Position numbers and translations under genes: made by a program. Positions 1 to 8,585 of a stretch of DNA of 47,052 nt are shown in pieces (position 1 is the stretch's first letter; the number at the start of each line of letters is the position of its first letter). The notes beneath the pieces were generated by a model. The model made no database searches, had not been told where the DNA came from, and saw only the letters and a list, made by a program, of their open reading frames with translations. This DNA comes from Pseudomonadota bacterium (GTDB lineage: Bacteria > UBA10199 > 2-02-FULL-44-16 > DYJF01): positions 1 to 47,052 of the forward strand of contig JBDRBB010000018.1 of NCBI GenBank assembly GCA_043823065.1, written 5' to 3'.

Positions 1-538
1 ATGAAATAAAATTATTAACCCCATCAACATACGTTAGACCTTGAGAATAGTGATCAAAAGACGTGGCTACCGCATCGATATTGCCTTGACCGTTGGACGC
101 AGGTATTAAGCGTGGCTTACTACTATTATACAAATACGTAATATCAAGTTCTGACAAAATCTCAGCACGCATACCCTTAGGCATACCCTGCAATTCAAGC
201 CGATATTTTTTTTCATAATGGGAAAGCAGGCGATCTAAATAATTCCATTTGCCCATTAATTTTGCATATGAATCATGGTTACTAACATCAAATTCATTTC
301 TTTGAGTATCTAACTTTTTACGTGCTTCTTTTAATATCCTGGCCACTTCTAAACGTGAAAAAGGGCGTTGACCAATGATAACATCATTGGCTAAGCCACT
401 GGCGATTAGAACATCAATTGCCTGATAAACACGATCATCTGGAGGGGCGTTGAGAGCTACTTGGGCATAAGTTTTCTGGGAATAGATTATGAGAGCAACA
501 AAAACTCCGAGCAATAATAAGTAACTTCTTTTTCTCAT
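1..538 (-). CDS. Exported protein, capsule assembly Wzi-family-like; runs off the window edge
   Basis: Not in the ORF track. Manual translation from ATG 538 gives MRKRSYLLLLGVFVALIIYSQKTYAQVALNAPPDDRVYQAIDVLIASGLANDVIIGQRPFSRLEVARIL..., open to position 1. Signal peptide plus an N-terminal DDxVYxxxDxLxxxG...GQRPxSRxExARxL pattern recalled from Wzi-like proteins. Confidence 0.55.
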   Translation of the reverse strand, partial: MRKRSYLLLLGVFVALIIYSQKTYAQVALNAPPDDRVYQAIDVLIASGLANDVIIGQRPFSRLEVARILKEARKKLDTQRNEFDVSNHDSYAKLMGKWNYLDRLLSHYEKKYRLELQGMPKGMRAEILSELDITYLYNSSKPRLIPASNGQGNIDAVATSFDHYSQGLTYVDGVNNFIS

Positions 539-548
539 TTTTTTCTTG

Positions 549-621
549 TGAGCGGCCCGGGAATCGAACCCGGAACCCACAGATTAAGAGTCTGTTGCTC
601 TACCAATTGAGCTAGCCACCC
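549..621 (-). tRNA. tRNA-Lys(CTT)
   Basis: Cloverleaf GGGTGGC...GCCGCTC-A; anticodon arm ACAGA-CTCTTAA-TCTGT; GGTTCGATTCC T-arm; CCA not encoded. Confidence 0.95.
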
Positions 622-692
622 AGAATTTGCCCTTTCGCTTAACGAATTAAGATTAAAAATACAAGATGTTTTTAATAAACTAGCGTACTCAG

Positions 693-766
693 CGCGCCCG
701 GAGAGATTCGAACTCCCGACCCTCTGGTTCGAAGCCAGGTACTCTAATCCACTGAGCTACGGGCGC
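693..766 (-). tRNA. tRNA-Arg(TCG)
   Basis: GCGCCCG/CGGGCGC-G acceptor stem; anticodon loop CTTCGAA; GTTCGAATC T-loop; CCA not encoded. Confidence 0.93.
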
Positions 767-836
767 GCTCAATACACATGTTTTGAATTTGAAGCTGCAA
801 AGCTTATCTTATGAGCCATGCAACCAGAGGTTGCAT

Positions 837-856
837 AACTCCCGACCCTCTGGTTC
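837..856. repeat. 20-bp exact direct repeat of an internal part of tRNA-Arg
   Basis: AACTCCCGACCCTCTGGTTC at both 711-730 and 837-856. Confidence 0.9.
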
Positions 857-866
857 TCAAACTATA

Positions 867-1001
867 GATTCCCGCTTTCGCGGGAATGACAATACTGTGC
901 TGCGGGGCTCCTTCACGGAGCCTGCCCTGAGCATTGCCGAAGGGTTCAGGATGACAATCCTGCTGGATTGCTTTGCTGCCTTTGGCGGCTCGCAATGACA
1001 A
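867..1001. repeat. Cluster of three REP-like palindromic elements, each ending ATGACAA
   Basis: GATTCCCGCTTTCGCGGGAATGACAA (867-892); CCTTCAC...GAAGGGTTCAGGATGACAA (about 910-957); GGATTGC...CTCGCAATGACAA (965-1001). Confidence 0.75.
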
Positions 1002-1003
1002 CC

Positions 1004-3073
1004 TTACTCTGCCACTGGTTTCAGCGTCACGATCACGGGATTAAACTCATTTACATTCAAAGTCAACTTCAGTTCTAAAGGCTGATAGCCAGGTTTTTCA
1101 AAGCGAATACGGTAGGTACCCAAAGGCAAATCATGCAGAATTACTGGTGTGGGGTTTTCCACAGGTTTGTCATTTACAATCACGCGCGCGCCTGCTGGTT
1201 CAGTATAAGCATAAATAATAGAACGCAAAGGCGATATATTTTGAAAAAGATCATTTGCTTGTTTTTGCACTTCTTCATCTTTGGCATTAAGCATTACTTC
1301 TACCAAAAGCGGCAAGGCCAAATTCGTGCGTTCACTGGCAGCATAGGCAGCCACTTCACCTAATATGGCAAAATATTTCCACTCTTCAGTTTGCTTGGCC
1401 AAATTAAAATAATTTAGCGCCTTATCAATTTGCTTTAAGTTCAAATAACACATGCCTAAATAATAATTAGCTTGCGCCACTTCGCTAGGTGCTGGCTCGC
1501 TAGCCAGGGCCTGAGCCAGTTCATTGACTGCTTCCTGATACAATTCCCTATTGATCATAGATTTAGCATTGTTCAAATACGCGCCAGCCACAGAAGTTTC
1601 CAGCTTAATGTCAGTGGTAAACAAAGTATTGATATCCACACTCAATTTCTGTGAATGCTCAAAATAACCTTCTTTGCGCAACGTCAAAGTATGATCACCT
1701 AGGGGGAAATCTCCTTCATAGGGAGTTTGGCCCATGGGTTTGCCATCTATAAACACATCTGCTCCGGTTGGATCTGATTTAATCTGCACTGGAAATTTTT
1801 TTAGATCTTCATCTAAAACAGTTAAAGTAAAAGTAGGTTGATCTTCAGCAATAGTAAATTCGCGCTTAAAAATAATGTCTTGAACATAGGTTTGCGATTC
1901 ACCTAATTGCCTGGATCGCCTAAGTTCTATCATATATTTTCCATAAGGAATGTAGATTGGTTTTTTTAAGACTATTTCATTTAACTTGGCTGGTTTTTCC
2001 TTAAACTTGTCATATTCAAAACTACCTTCTAAATAAAATTGTACATCAGCCGGCAAATCATCCACTTTGATCATGCCAATAGGCGCTCTAAAAAGAATGG
2101 GAACCACTGATTCATCTGGGGCAAATTCAAAATTAACTGGCAAGGTATAATATTCATTGAGCTCTGGCATATGGAAAAGCGCTTGAGCAGTATAAGATTT
2201 ACTTGGTTCTAATTCCAAATTTACACGAATTGGAGTTTGGCCAATTTCTTTTTCTTGAAAAGTAACTGTAGCTGGCAAAGGGCTAGAGGCAAAATCCAAA
2301 AACACGGGCACTGTTTGCGGCGCAACCGGACCAACCTCTTCAGCAGCAATTTCCTTAGGTTGTTCAATAGGCCTGGCTGCGGCAGATGACGGAGCTTTAG
2401 CAACTTTAGTGGGCTGAGGATGCAAAAAGAACTTCCAAGTTAAATAACCCACACATCCGATAATGAATAATCCAGCAAAACCAGTAAATAAAATTTTTCT
2501 TATCCTGGAACGAGCAGGAGGCGTTTTTGATCTTCCTTCTGCAACCAGCAGATTTGCTTCATGCTCTGAAAACTCCTCTTGTTCTTCTTCAGCCATCTCC
2601 TCAGGCACTGAGCTTTGAGCCATAACCGTACTTTCGCTAACTGCAACTGCCTCTGGCATAACCATTTCTTCTTCATGGCTAATTACCTGGGTAATTAATC
2701 TTAAATAATAGATGCCAGTCTTAATAACATCTTTATGCCCAACAACCACAGCCTCACTAATCAAATTGCCGTTTACTAGTGTACCATTCTTGCTACCCAG
2801 GTCTTGTACTAGCCACCCAGCCTCTGTTTTTTTGATTTCAGCATGACTTCTGGAAACACTGTGATCTGGAAGCTGGGCCACAGAACCAGCACCCCTTCCT
2901 ATAATATTTTTCTCCTCAGTTAAGGGAAAATAGGCACCAGTATGAGGCCCCTCTATGATGAGCAAATAAGGCGGTTTTTTACCCTGAGTGGAAGGAGTAG
3001 CTTCTTCACCATTTTCCGCTTTTACCAGCACAGTTTGTTCTGTTGGGGGTGTGGTCGAATTTTTGTCTGCCAT
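1004..3073 (-). CDS. Bitopic membrane protein: FHA domain, TM helix, PEGA domains, TPR
   Basis: FHA motifs IGR...SVSRSHA...DLGSKNGT; TM ILFTGFAGLFIIGCVGYLTW; PEGA motifs SDPTGADVFIDGKPMGQTP...LRKEGY and TEPAGARVIVND...FEKPGY; TPR-like helices ANYYLGMCYLNL. Confidence 0.85.
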   Translation of the reverse strand: MADKNSTTPPTEQTVLVKAENGEEATPSTQGKKPPYLLIIEGPHTGAYFPLTEEKNIIGRGAGSVAQLPDHSVSRSHAEIKKTEAGWLVQDLGSKNGTLVNGNLISEAVVVGHKDVIKTGIYYLRLITQVISHEEEMVMPEAVAVSESTVMAQSSVPEEMAEEEQEEFSEHEANLLVAEGRSKTPPARSRIRKILFTGFAGLFIIGCVGYLTWKFFLHPQPTKVAKAPSSAAARPIEQPKEIAAEEVGPVAPQTVPVFLDFASSPLPATVTFQEKEIGQTPIRVNLELEPSKSYTAQALFHMPELNEYYTLPVNFEFAPDESVVPILFRAPIGMIKVDDLPADVQFYLEGSFEYDKFKEKPAKLNEIVLKKPIYIPYGKYMIELRRSRQLGESQTYVQDIIFKREFTIAEDQPTFTLTVLDEDLKKFPVQIKSDPTGADVFIDGKPMGQTPYEGDFPLGDHTLTLRKEGYFEHSQKLSVDINTLFTTDIKLETSVAGAYLNNAKSMINRELYQEAVNELAQALASEPAPSEVAQANYYLGMCYLNLKQIDKALNYFNLAKQTEEWKYFAILGEVAAYAASERTNLALPLLVEVMLNAKDEEVQKQANDLFQNISPLRSIIYAYTEPAGARVIVNDKPVENPTPVILHDLPLGTYRIRFEKPGYQPLELKLTLNVNEFNPVIVTLKPVAE

Positions 3074-3153
3074 TGCTTGCTAATTAGCATAAAACTTTTC
3101 ACTCGTAAAGACAAAGGGTTGATTTTTAATATGATTAGGTTATTCTTCTGAAT

Positions 3154-4179
3154 ATGAAAAAAATATTTTATGGTTTGTTCTTTTTACTAATTATAACAGT
3201 TCCTCAAGTTGGCCTTGCTGGGGAATGTATTGATTGGTCAAAAGTTTTAACTCAGGAGCAATTTAATACAGCTCAAAAAAATAAAACGGTTTTAATCAAA
3301 CCTTTTACCAATTACACCAAAAATCCTGCTGATGACTGGTTACAAACTGGCCTTCCTGAACTTTTATCTCTAATGTTAAATTCCAGCACCAACCTTCAGC
3401 CCTTGTTTGGCAATAACATTAAATATCATCCTCAGAGCAATAATCCTGACTACAGCATTTCCGGCATGTATCAACATTTAGACGGCAATTTGCGGGCTTT
3501 TATCAAACTTTGGCAAGGAAATGAAAAACAACTTCTAGCTCAATACACTTTACTGGTCCCTATTGCTGAAAATATAGATTTTTTTAGCCAAACCGCAGAG
3601 ATCGTCAAACAAGCTGCCAAAAAGATGGAGGCAAGCTTAGATGAAAACAAACTTAAAGAAGCAACCAAACTTACTAATTCAATTAAGGCTTTTGAAAATT
3701 ATGTAAAAGGTGTGCAGGCTTTTCAAACCTATAAAACTTCTGAAATGGAAGTGGCGCGCATCTGGTTTGAACAAACGGTTAGACTAGATTACAAATCTGA
3801 ATTAGGCTACAATGGCCTAATTGATCTTTATACTTTTTTGGGATATTATCACAAACAGCGCCAGCAAAGTTTTGGCAAATATTTTGAACAAGCCAGCCAG
3901 GAAGAAATAAAAAGAAATCGTCTAACTGGAAAAAAGGATCAAGAAATAAAAAATCGCTTTCTTTTAGGCAATGCGGCTTTTTCAGAAGCTTTAATTTTAG
4001 CGCAAACTGATAAGCTAGACCTGGCTGCTGCAGCCTTAAAAAAAGCAGTGCAATATGTGCCAGAAGATGCCATTAGTTGGTATCAATTAGCCCGGATTTA
4101 TGATAAATTAGGCCAGCAAAAAGAGTCTACAGAAGCAATTCAAAAGGCCTATGCGATTAATCCGTGTATAGAGGAGTAA
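3154..4179 (+). CDS. Exported protein, TolB-N-like domain plus TPR repeats
   Basis: Signal peptide MKKIFYGLFFLLIITVPQVGLA; VLIKPFTN...DDWLQTGLPELL segment; C-terminal TPRs (AISWYQLARIYDKLGQ). Confidence 0.7.
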   Translation: MKKIFYGLFFLLIITVPQVGLAGECIDWSKVLTQEQFNTAQKNKTVLIKPFTNYTKNPADDWLQTGLPELLSLMLNSSTNLQPLFGNNIKYHPQSNNPDYSISGMYQHLDGNLRAFIKLWQGNEKQLLAQYTLLVPIAENIDFFSQTAEIVKQAAKKMEASLDENKLKEATKLTNSIKAFENYVKGVQAFQTYKTSEMEVARIWFEQTVRLDYKSELGYNGLIDLYTFLGYYHKQRQQSFGKYFEQASQEEIKRNRLTGKKDQEIKNRFLLGNAAFSEALILAQTDKLDLAAAALKKAVQYVPEDAISWYQLARIYDKLGQQKESTEAIQKAYAINPCIEE

Positions 4180-5414
4180 TGAAACCTATAAAGTTGGCAA
4201 CATGTGTAATAATAATTTTATGTCTGTTCTCATCTGCAGCTACTGCACGCAAAAAAATAACCCAACCCACAGAACGCGCTGCCTATCATAACAACCAGGG
4301 TATTTCTTTTTTAAATGCCGGCGATATTAAGCGCGCCGAGTTTGAATTTAAAACCGCTATTGAGCTTTCTCCTGACTATGTGGAAGCCTACAACAACTTG
4401 GGCATTATCTATGAAATGCAAGGTGAGAAGCAAAAAGCTATAAAGCAATTCCAAAAAGCCATTAGCTTGGATAAAGACTATGCTGCTGCCTATAGCCATC
4501 TGGGAGCAATTTATTTAGCTCAAGACAAAATTGATGAAGCCATTAACGTAATTAAGAAAGCCTTAAAAAAAGATGGCACTTTGGCTGATGCCCGTTACAA
4601 TTTAGGGTTAGCTTACATCAAAAAATATGAGCAAACCAAAAACGACAAGTTTGCTGATCTGGCAGAAACAGAACTTAAAAAAGCCACTGAGCTTGATCCA
4701 AATTTATATTATGTACATAAAATTTTGGCAGACTTTTATCAATCACGGGGGAAATACGAGCTGGCTATAATTCGCTATAGGCTTGCTCTTGCTAACGAAC
4801 CTGAATCTGAAGAACTATGGCTCAAACTTGGCAAAATCTACCAGATCACTGGTGATGAACCCAGAGCTCAAAATTGTTTTCAAAAAGCAGCCAGCTTAAA
4901 ACAAGAAAGCCCAGAAGCGCAAATGCAGCTGGGCCTTTCCTATTTAAATGCCAATCGCTTTGAAGAAGCAGCACAAATTTTTCAAACAGTAACTGAAACC
5001 AACCCATTGAATGAGCTGGCCTGGTATCGCCTGGGCACTACCTATTTGCAAACAGCGGATAACAGTTCTGGCAAAAAGCAAGCAAGCTATTTAACCCAGG
5101 CGCAAGCTGCCCTAAAAAAGGCCAAAGAAATAAACCCCCAATTAGCTGATGCCTCCTATAATTTGGGCTTAATCTATTTAAAACAGGGCAAAACACTTGA
5201 GGCCAAACAAGAGTGGGAATATACTATCACTATTAGCCCAAAACATGCCCGCGCACTTTATAATCTAGGTTTATTATATCAGCAATTAGGAGACACTAAA
5301 AAGGGTTTGAAGCTGTTGTGCGACTTTGTCAAAGCAGCGCCTAAAGAATATCAATTGGAAATAGCAACAGCTCAAAAAACTATTGAGGATCAAAATCACC
5401 AATGCCACGATTAA
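4179..5414 (+). CDS. Exported multi-TPR protein (N-terminus resembles PilF/PilW-type TPRs)
   Basis: ATG 4179 overlaps the upstream TAA, after GAGGAG; signal peptide; many TPRs (AYNNLG, ARYNLG, ASYNLG, ALYNLG). Confidence 0.85.
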   Translation: MKPIKLATCVIIILCLFSSAATARKKITQPTERAAYHNNQGISFLNAGDIKRAEFEFKTAIELSPDYVEAYNNLGIIYEMQGEKQKAIKQFQKAISLDKDYAAAYSHLGAIYLAQDKIDEAINVIKKALKKDGTLADARYNLGLAYIKKYEQTKNDKFADLAETELKKATELDPNLYYVHKILADFYQSRGKYELAIIRYRLALANEPESEELWLKLGKIYQITGDEPRAQNCFQKAASLKQESPEAQMQLGLSYLNANRFEEAAQIFQTVTETNPLNELAWYRLGTTYLQTADNSSGKKQASYLTQAQAALKKAKEINPQLADASYNLGLIYLKQGKTLEAKQEWEYTITISPKHARALYNLGLLYQQLGDTKKGLKLLCDFVKAAPKEYQLEIATAQKTIEDQNHQCHD

Positions 5415-6397
5415 TTATTAGCAAACGAGGCAAAAAAGAAGAACAGGCGCATAATTGCCAAGAAGATGAAATTCTCATTGGTCGGCAAGAAGATTGCACC
5501 ATTGTTCTGGCCCACAAAAGTGTGTCGCGTCATCATGCTAAAATTATCAGGCAAGATGAAAATTTTTTTATAGTAGATTTGGGCAGTGATAATGGCACTC
5601 AGCTTAACGGCACACCCCTGGAAGCTAATGAAAAGCAGCTTTTGCGCAACAATGACCTGGTATCCATTGATATTTATAATCTGCGCTATTTAACAGCTGA
5701 TGAGGCTTTAGAAAAATCTTATAATGAAGAAGTTACAGACAGCGATATTTTGGAAGTCAAACTACTTAAGAAAGTGCTTAAGGCCCTGGATACAGAAACA
5801 GTGCCCAGCTTTGAAGTCTTAAATGGTTCTGCTGAGGGTAAAAAAGTTTATCTAACTGATGAAGTTAATGAACTTCTTTTGGGCCGTGATCCAAACACAG
5901 ATTTTGTGATTAATGAATTTGCCATTTCCCGCAAACATGTGCGCATCACTAAGCGCTGGGGTGGAATTGTTGTTCGCGATCTGGAAAGTAAAAATGGAAC
6001 TTTTGTTAATAATCGGCGCGTGGTTGAAGAATTTTTGCATGATGGCGACCGTATAGCTTTGGGCACCATTGTTTTGCTTTTCCGCAATCCTCAAGAAATG
6101 AATTTAGCTCAGCTGCAAGCCCAAATACCGCCTAAGCAAAAACCTGCGCCAGTTGATCCAACTGAACTTGCTGCTGCTGAGGAATCAGAATCAGAGGAGC
6201 CGCTTCCAGAAGAAATCAATGAAGAAATGCCGCCTACTCCAACCGCAACTCCAGCCAAAAAGATAATTTATCCTACAAGGCGCCCTAAACAATCCCTACT
6301 AGACCGCCTAACCATTGTGGAAGTTGGCATGATTGGCTTAGGAGCCTTGGTCCTAATTTTTGCTTTAGTTACATTTGTGAATTTAATGTTTCAGTAG
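5402..6397 (+). CDS. Double-FHA protein with Pro/Glu linker and C-terminal TM anchor
   Basis: FHA1 IGRQ...SVSRHHA...DLGSDNGT; FHA2 LGRD...AISRKH...DLESKNGT; terminal hydrophobic helix VGMIGLGALVLIFALVTFV. Confidence 0.88.
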   Translation: MPRLIISKRGKKEEQAHNCQEDEILIGRQEDCTIVLAHKSVSRHHAKIIRQDENFFIVDLGSDNGTQLNGTPLEANEKQLLRNNDLVSIDIYNLRYLTADEALEKSYNEEVTDSDILEVKLLKKVLKALDTETVPSFEVLNGSAEGKKVYLTDEVNELLLGRDPNTDFVINEFAISRKHVRITKRWGGIVVRDLESKNGTFVNNRRVVEEFLHDGDRIALGTIVLLFRNPQEMNLAQLQAQIPPKQKPAPVDPTELAAAEESESEEPLPEEINEEMPPTPTATPAKKIIYPTRRPKQSLLDRLTIVEVGMIGLGALVLIFALVTFVNLMFQ

Positions 6398-8561
6398 GCA
6401 AAACGCCCTGAGGAATACCAACCCGCGCAATAGGTTGAATGCGCAAGTTTTCAGCCAGCTCTTGATAGGAAAGCACAGAAAGTTGCGGAAATTCCAGTTC
6501 CACAATTTTTCTAAAATATCTTCTAATCTCAGCTGTAGTCAAGATAACCGGCGGTCTTGCTCCTGGCGGAAATGGATGAGAGGCAATTTCCTTACCCACT
6601 GCTTCAATAATTTCTTGGGTAATTTCTGGTTCCAAAGCCAAATAGTTGCCTTTTTCTGTGCGCCGAATCGAATTTTTTACCAAATCTTCTACTTCAGTAT
6701 CTAACAAATAGACGGCCAGGGTATTAGCAGCTCCAGCATATTTATGTGTAATATAGCGGCGCAAGCCAGCTCGCACATGTTCAGTTAAGGTTAAGGTATC
6801 TCTTTCAATTTCACCCCACTGGGCCAAGGTAGAAAAAATTGTTTTTAAATCCCGAATGGCAATATCTTCTTGCACTAAACGCTGAAAAATTTCTGTTAGC
6901 TGCAGCAAGGTAATAACTTTTGGCACCAATTCTTTTACCAATGCTGGATGGGTTTTTTCCAATTCAGTAAGTAAAGTTTGCACCTCTTGCAAACCCAAGA
7001 ATTCATGGGCTTGTTTGCGCAAGACATGGGATAAATGCAAAATTAAATATTCAGCAACATCCCACATTCTAAAACCAGCTTGGGTGGCTACATCTTTATA
7101 TTCTTCAGAAATCCAGGTAACCACTGAACCGTCTATTGGATGAATAGTCTCTGTGCCGCTTATATTAAACAACTGCAACTGTTCCAGAGGTTCCCCAACC
7201 AGGATATTTCCCTGCATTACTTTCCCCTGAGCTACAGGCACTTCATTAATGTTAATCACATAGGCTTCTGGCTCCATATCCACAGTTTGTCCACGCACCT
7301 GAATGCCAGGGAAGTTGACACCCAGCTCATAATATAAACCATGCCTCAACAAAGGAATGAGCTCATTAATAAACCTTTGGCCATGCTGGGAATCATCCAC
7401 AAAAGGAATAATTGCGCTGCCCACTTCCAAAGAAATTGGCGAAGGCATGATAAAGGGCAAAACATCGCCGTGTTTTTTCACAGCCTTTTTTACCACGTCT
7501 TTTCTGGGGGTTTCCATAATTTCTTGCACAACTTTTTCTTTGGACTTAATCAAAAAAGCAGCAATTCCACCCACAATCAAAGAAAGCAGAATAAAAGGAA
7601 TTTTTGGCAAACCTGGCACAGCAGCCAAAAGACCTAATAAAACTGAGGCAATAATTAAGGCCTTGGGATACGCAGTTAGCTGGGTAATGATATCTCGGCC
7701 CATGTTAGAGCCTTCAGCTTCAGAAGTAACCCTGGTCACCACAATACCTGCAGACACGGAAATAACCAAAGCTGGTATTTGCTGCACCAAACCATCACCA
7801 ATGGTTAACAAGGAATAAACCTGCACTGCTTCAGCAAACCCCATGCCTCGCTGAGCTACGCCAATAATAAAACCACCAATAATGTTGACCAAAATGACGA
7901 TCATGCCCGCAATGGCATCGCCTTTGACAAACTTCATGGCGCCATCCATGGCTCCATAAAACTGCGATTCACGCTGCAACTTTGACCGACGATCCATGGC
8001 TTGATCCATATTAATAATGCCAGCCCGCAAATCAGCATCAATAGACATTTGTTTGCCTGGCATGGCATCTAAAGTAAAACGCGCCCCCACTTCAGACACC
8101 CGCTCTGCACCCTTGGCAATAACAATAAAGTTAATCAAGGTAACTATGAGAAACAACACGCCGCCAACTACATAGTTGCCCTGCACCACAAAGGAACCAA
8201 AGGTCCTAATCACTTCTCCAGCATCTGCTTGAGATAGAATTAATCTAGTTGAAGAGATATTTAAGGAAAGTCGGTATAAGGTGGTAATCAGCAAAATAGT
8301 AGGGAAAGAGGCAATGCGCAAAGTGTCTGTGATATAGAGGGCAACCAATAAAATTATTACAGCAATGGTAATTTGGATTGTTAGCAAAATATCCAGCACC
8401 CAGGTGGGCAAGGGGATGATCATCATGCCAACTATGACCACCACCAAAATCGCCAGCACGATATCGCTATATTTTGCTATAACTATATTCAACCCGCCAA
8501 AGGGTAGACCCATACCAGACGAACCAGCTTGAGCTGAAACTTGGGGGGGATTGGAAGCCAT
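6369..8561 (-). CDS. sctV: Type III secretion export gate, SctV/LcrD/HrcV family (FHIPEP)
   Basis: RFTLDAMPGKQMSIDADLRAG, GAMDGAMKFVKGDAIAG and LTIGDGLVQQIP; ADAGEVI loop without the FlhA-type insertion; large cytoplasmic C-terminal domain. Confidence 0.9.
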   Translation of the reverse strand: MASNPPQVSAQAGSSGMGLPFGGLNIVIAKYSDIVLAILVVVIVGMMIIPLPTWVLDILLTIQITIAVIILLVALYITDTLRIASFPTILLITTLYRLSLNISSTRLILSQADAGEVIRTFGSFVVQGNYVVGGVLFLIVTLINFIVIAKGAERVSEVGARFTLDAMPGKQMSIDADLRAGIINMDQAMDRRSKLQRESQFYGAMDGAMKFVKGDAIAGMIVILVNIIGGFIIGVAQRGMGFAEAVQVYSLLTIGDGLVQQIPALVISVSAGIVVTRVTSEAEGSNMGRDIITQLTAYPKALIIASVLLGLLAAVPGLPKIPFILLSLIVGGIAAFLIKSKEKVVQEIMETPRKDVVKKAVKKHGDVLPFIMPSPISLEVGSAIIPFVDDSQHGQRFINELIPLLRHGLYYELGVNFPGIQVRGQTVDMEPEAYVININEVPVAQGKVMQGNILVGEPLEQLQLFNISGTETIHPIDGSVVTWISEEYKDVATQAGFRMWDVAEYLILHLSHVLRKQAHEFLGLQEVQTLLTELEKTHPALVKELVPKVITLLQLTEIFQRLVQEDIAIRDLKTIFSTLAQWGEIERDTLTLTEHVRAGLRRYITHKYAGAANTLAVYLLDTEVEDLVKNSIRRTEKGNYLALEPEITQEIIEAVGKEIASHPFPPGARPPVILTTAEIRRYFRKIVELEFPQLSVLSYQELAENLRIQPIARVGIPQGVLPTETLNSQM

Positions 8562-8585
8562 AAATCTTATGTTACCATATTTTAA

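Noticed and set aside
783..1001. ORFs 783..998 (+) and 804..1001 (-)
   Set aside because: They are translations of the palindromic repeats (e.g. VIPAKAGI / DSRFRGND), with no RBS or protein motif.
549..1001. Prophage or integrative element at the tRNAs
   Set aside because: No integrase, phage or transposase gene anywhere in the window; only a 20-bp fragment.
6369..8561. Flagellar flhA
   Set aside because: The motif variants (MSIDADLRAG, GAMKFVKGD, ADAGEVI) fit SctV better, and there is no flhB/flhF or other flagellar neighbour.
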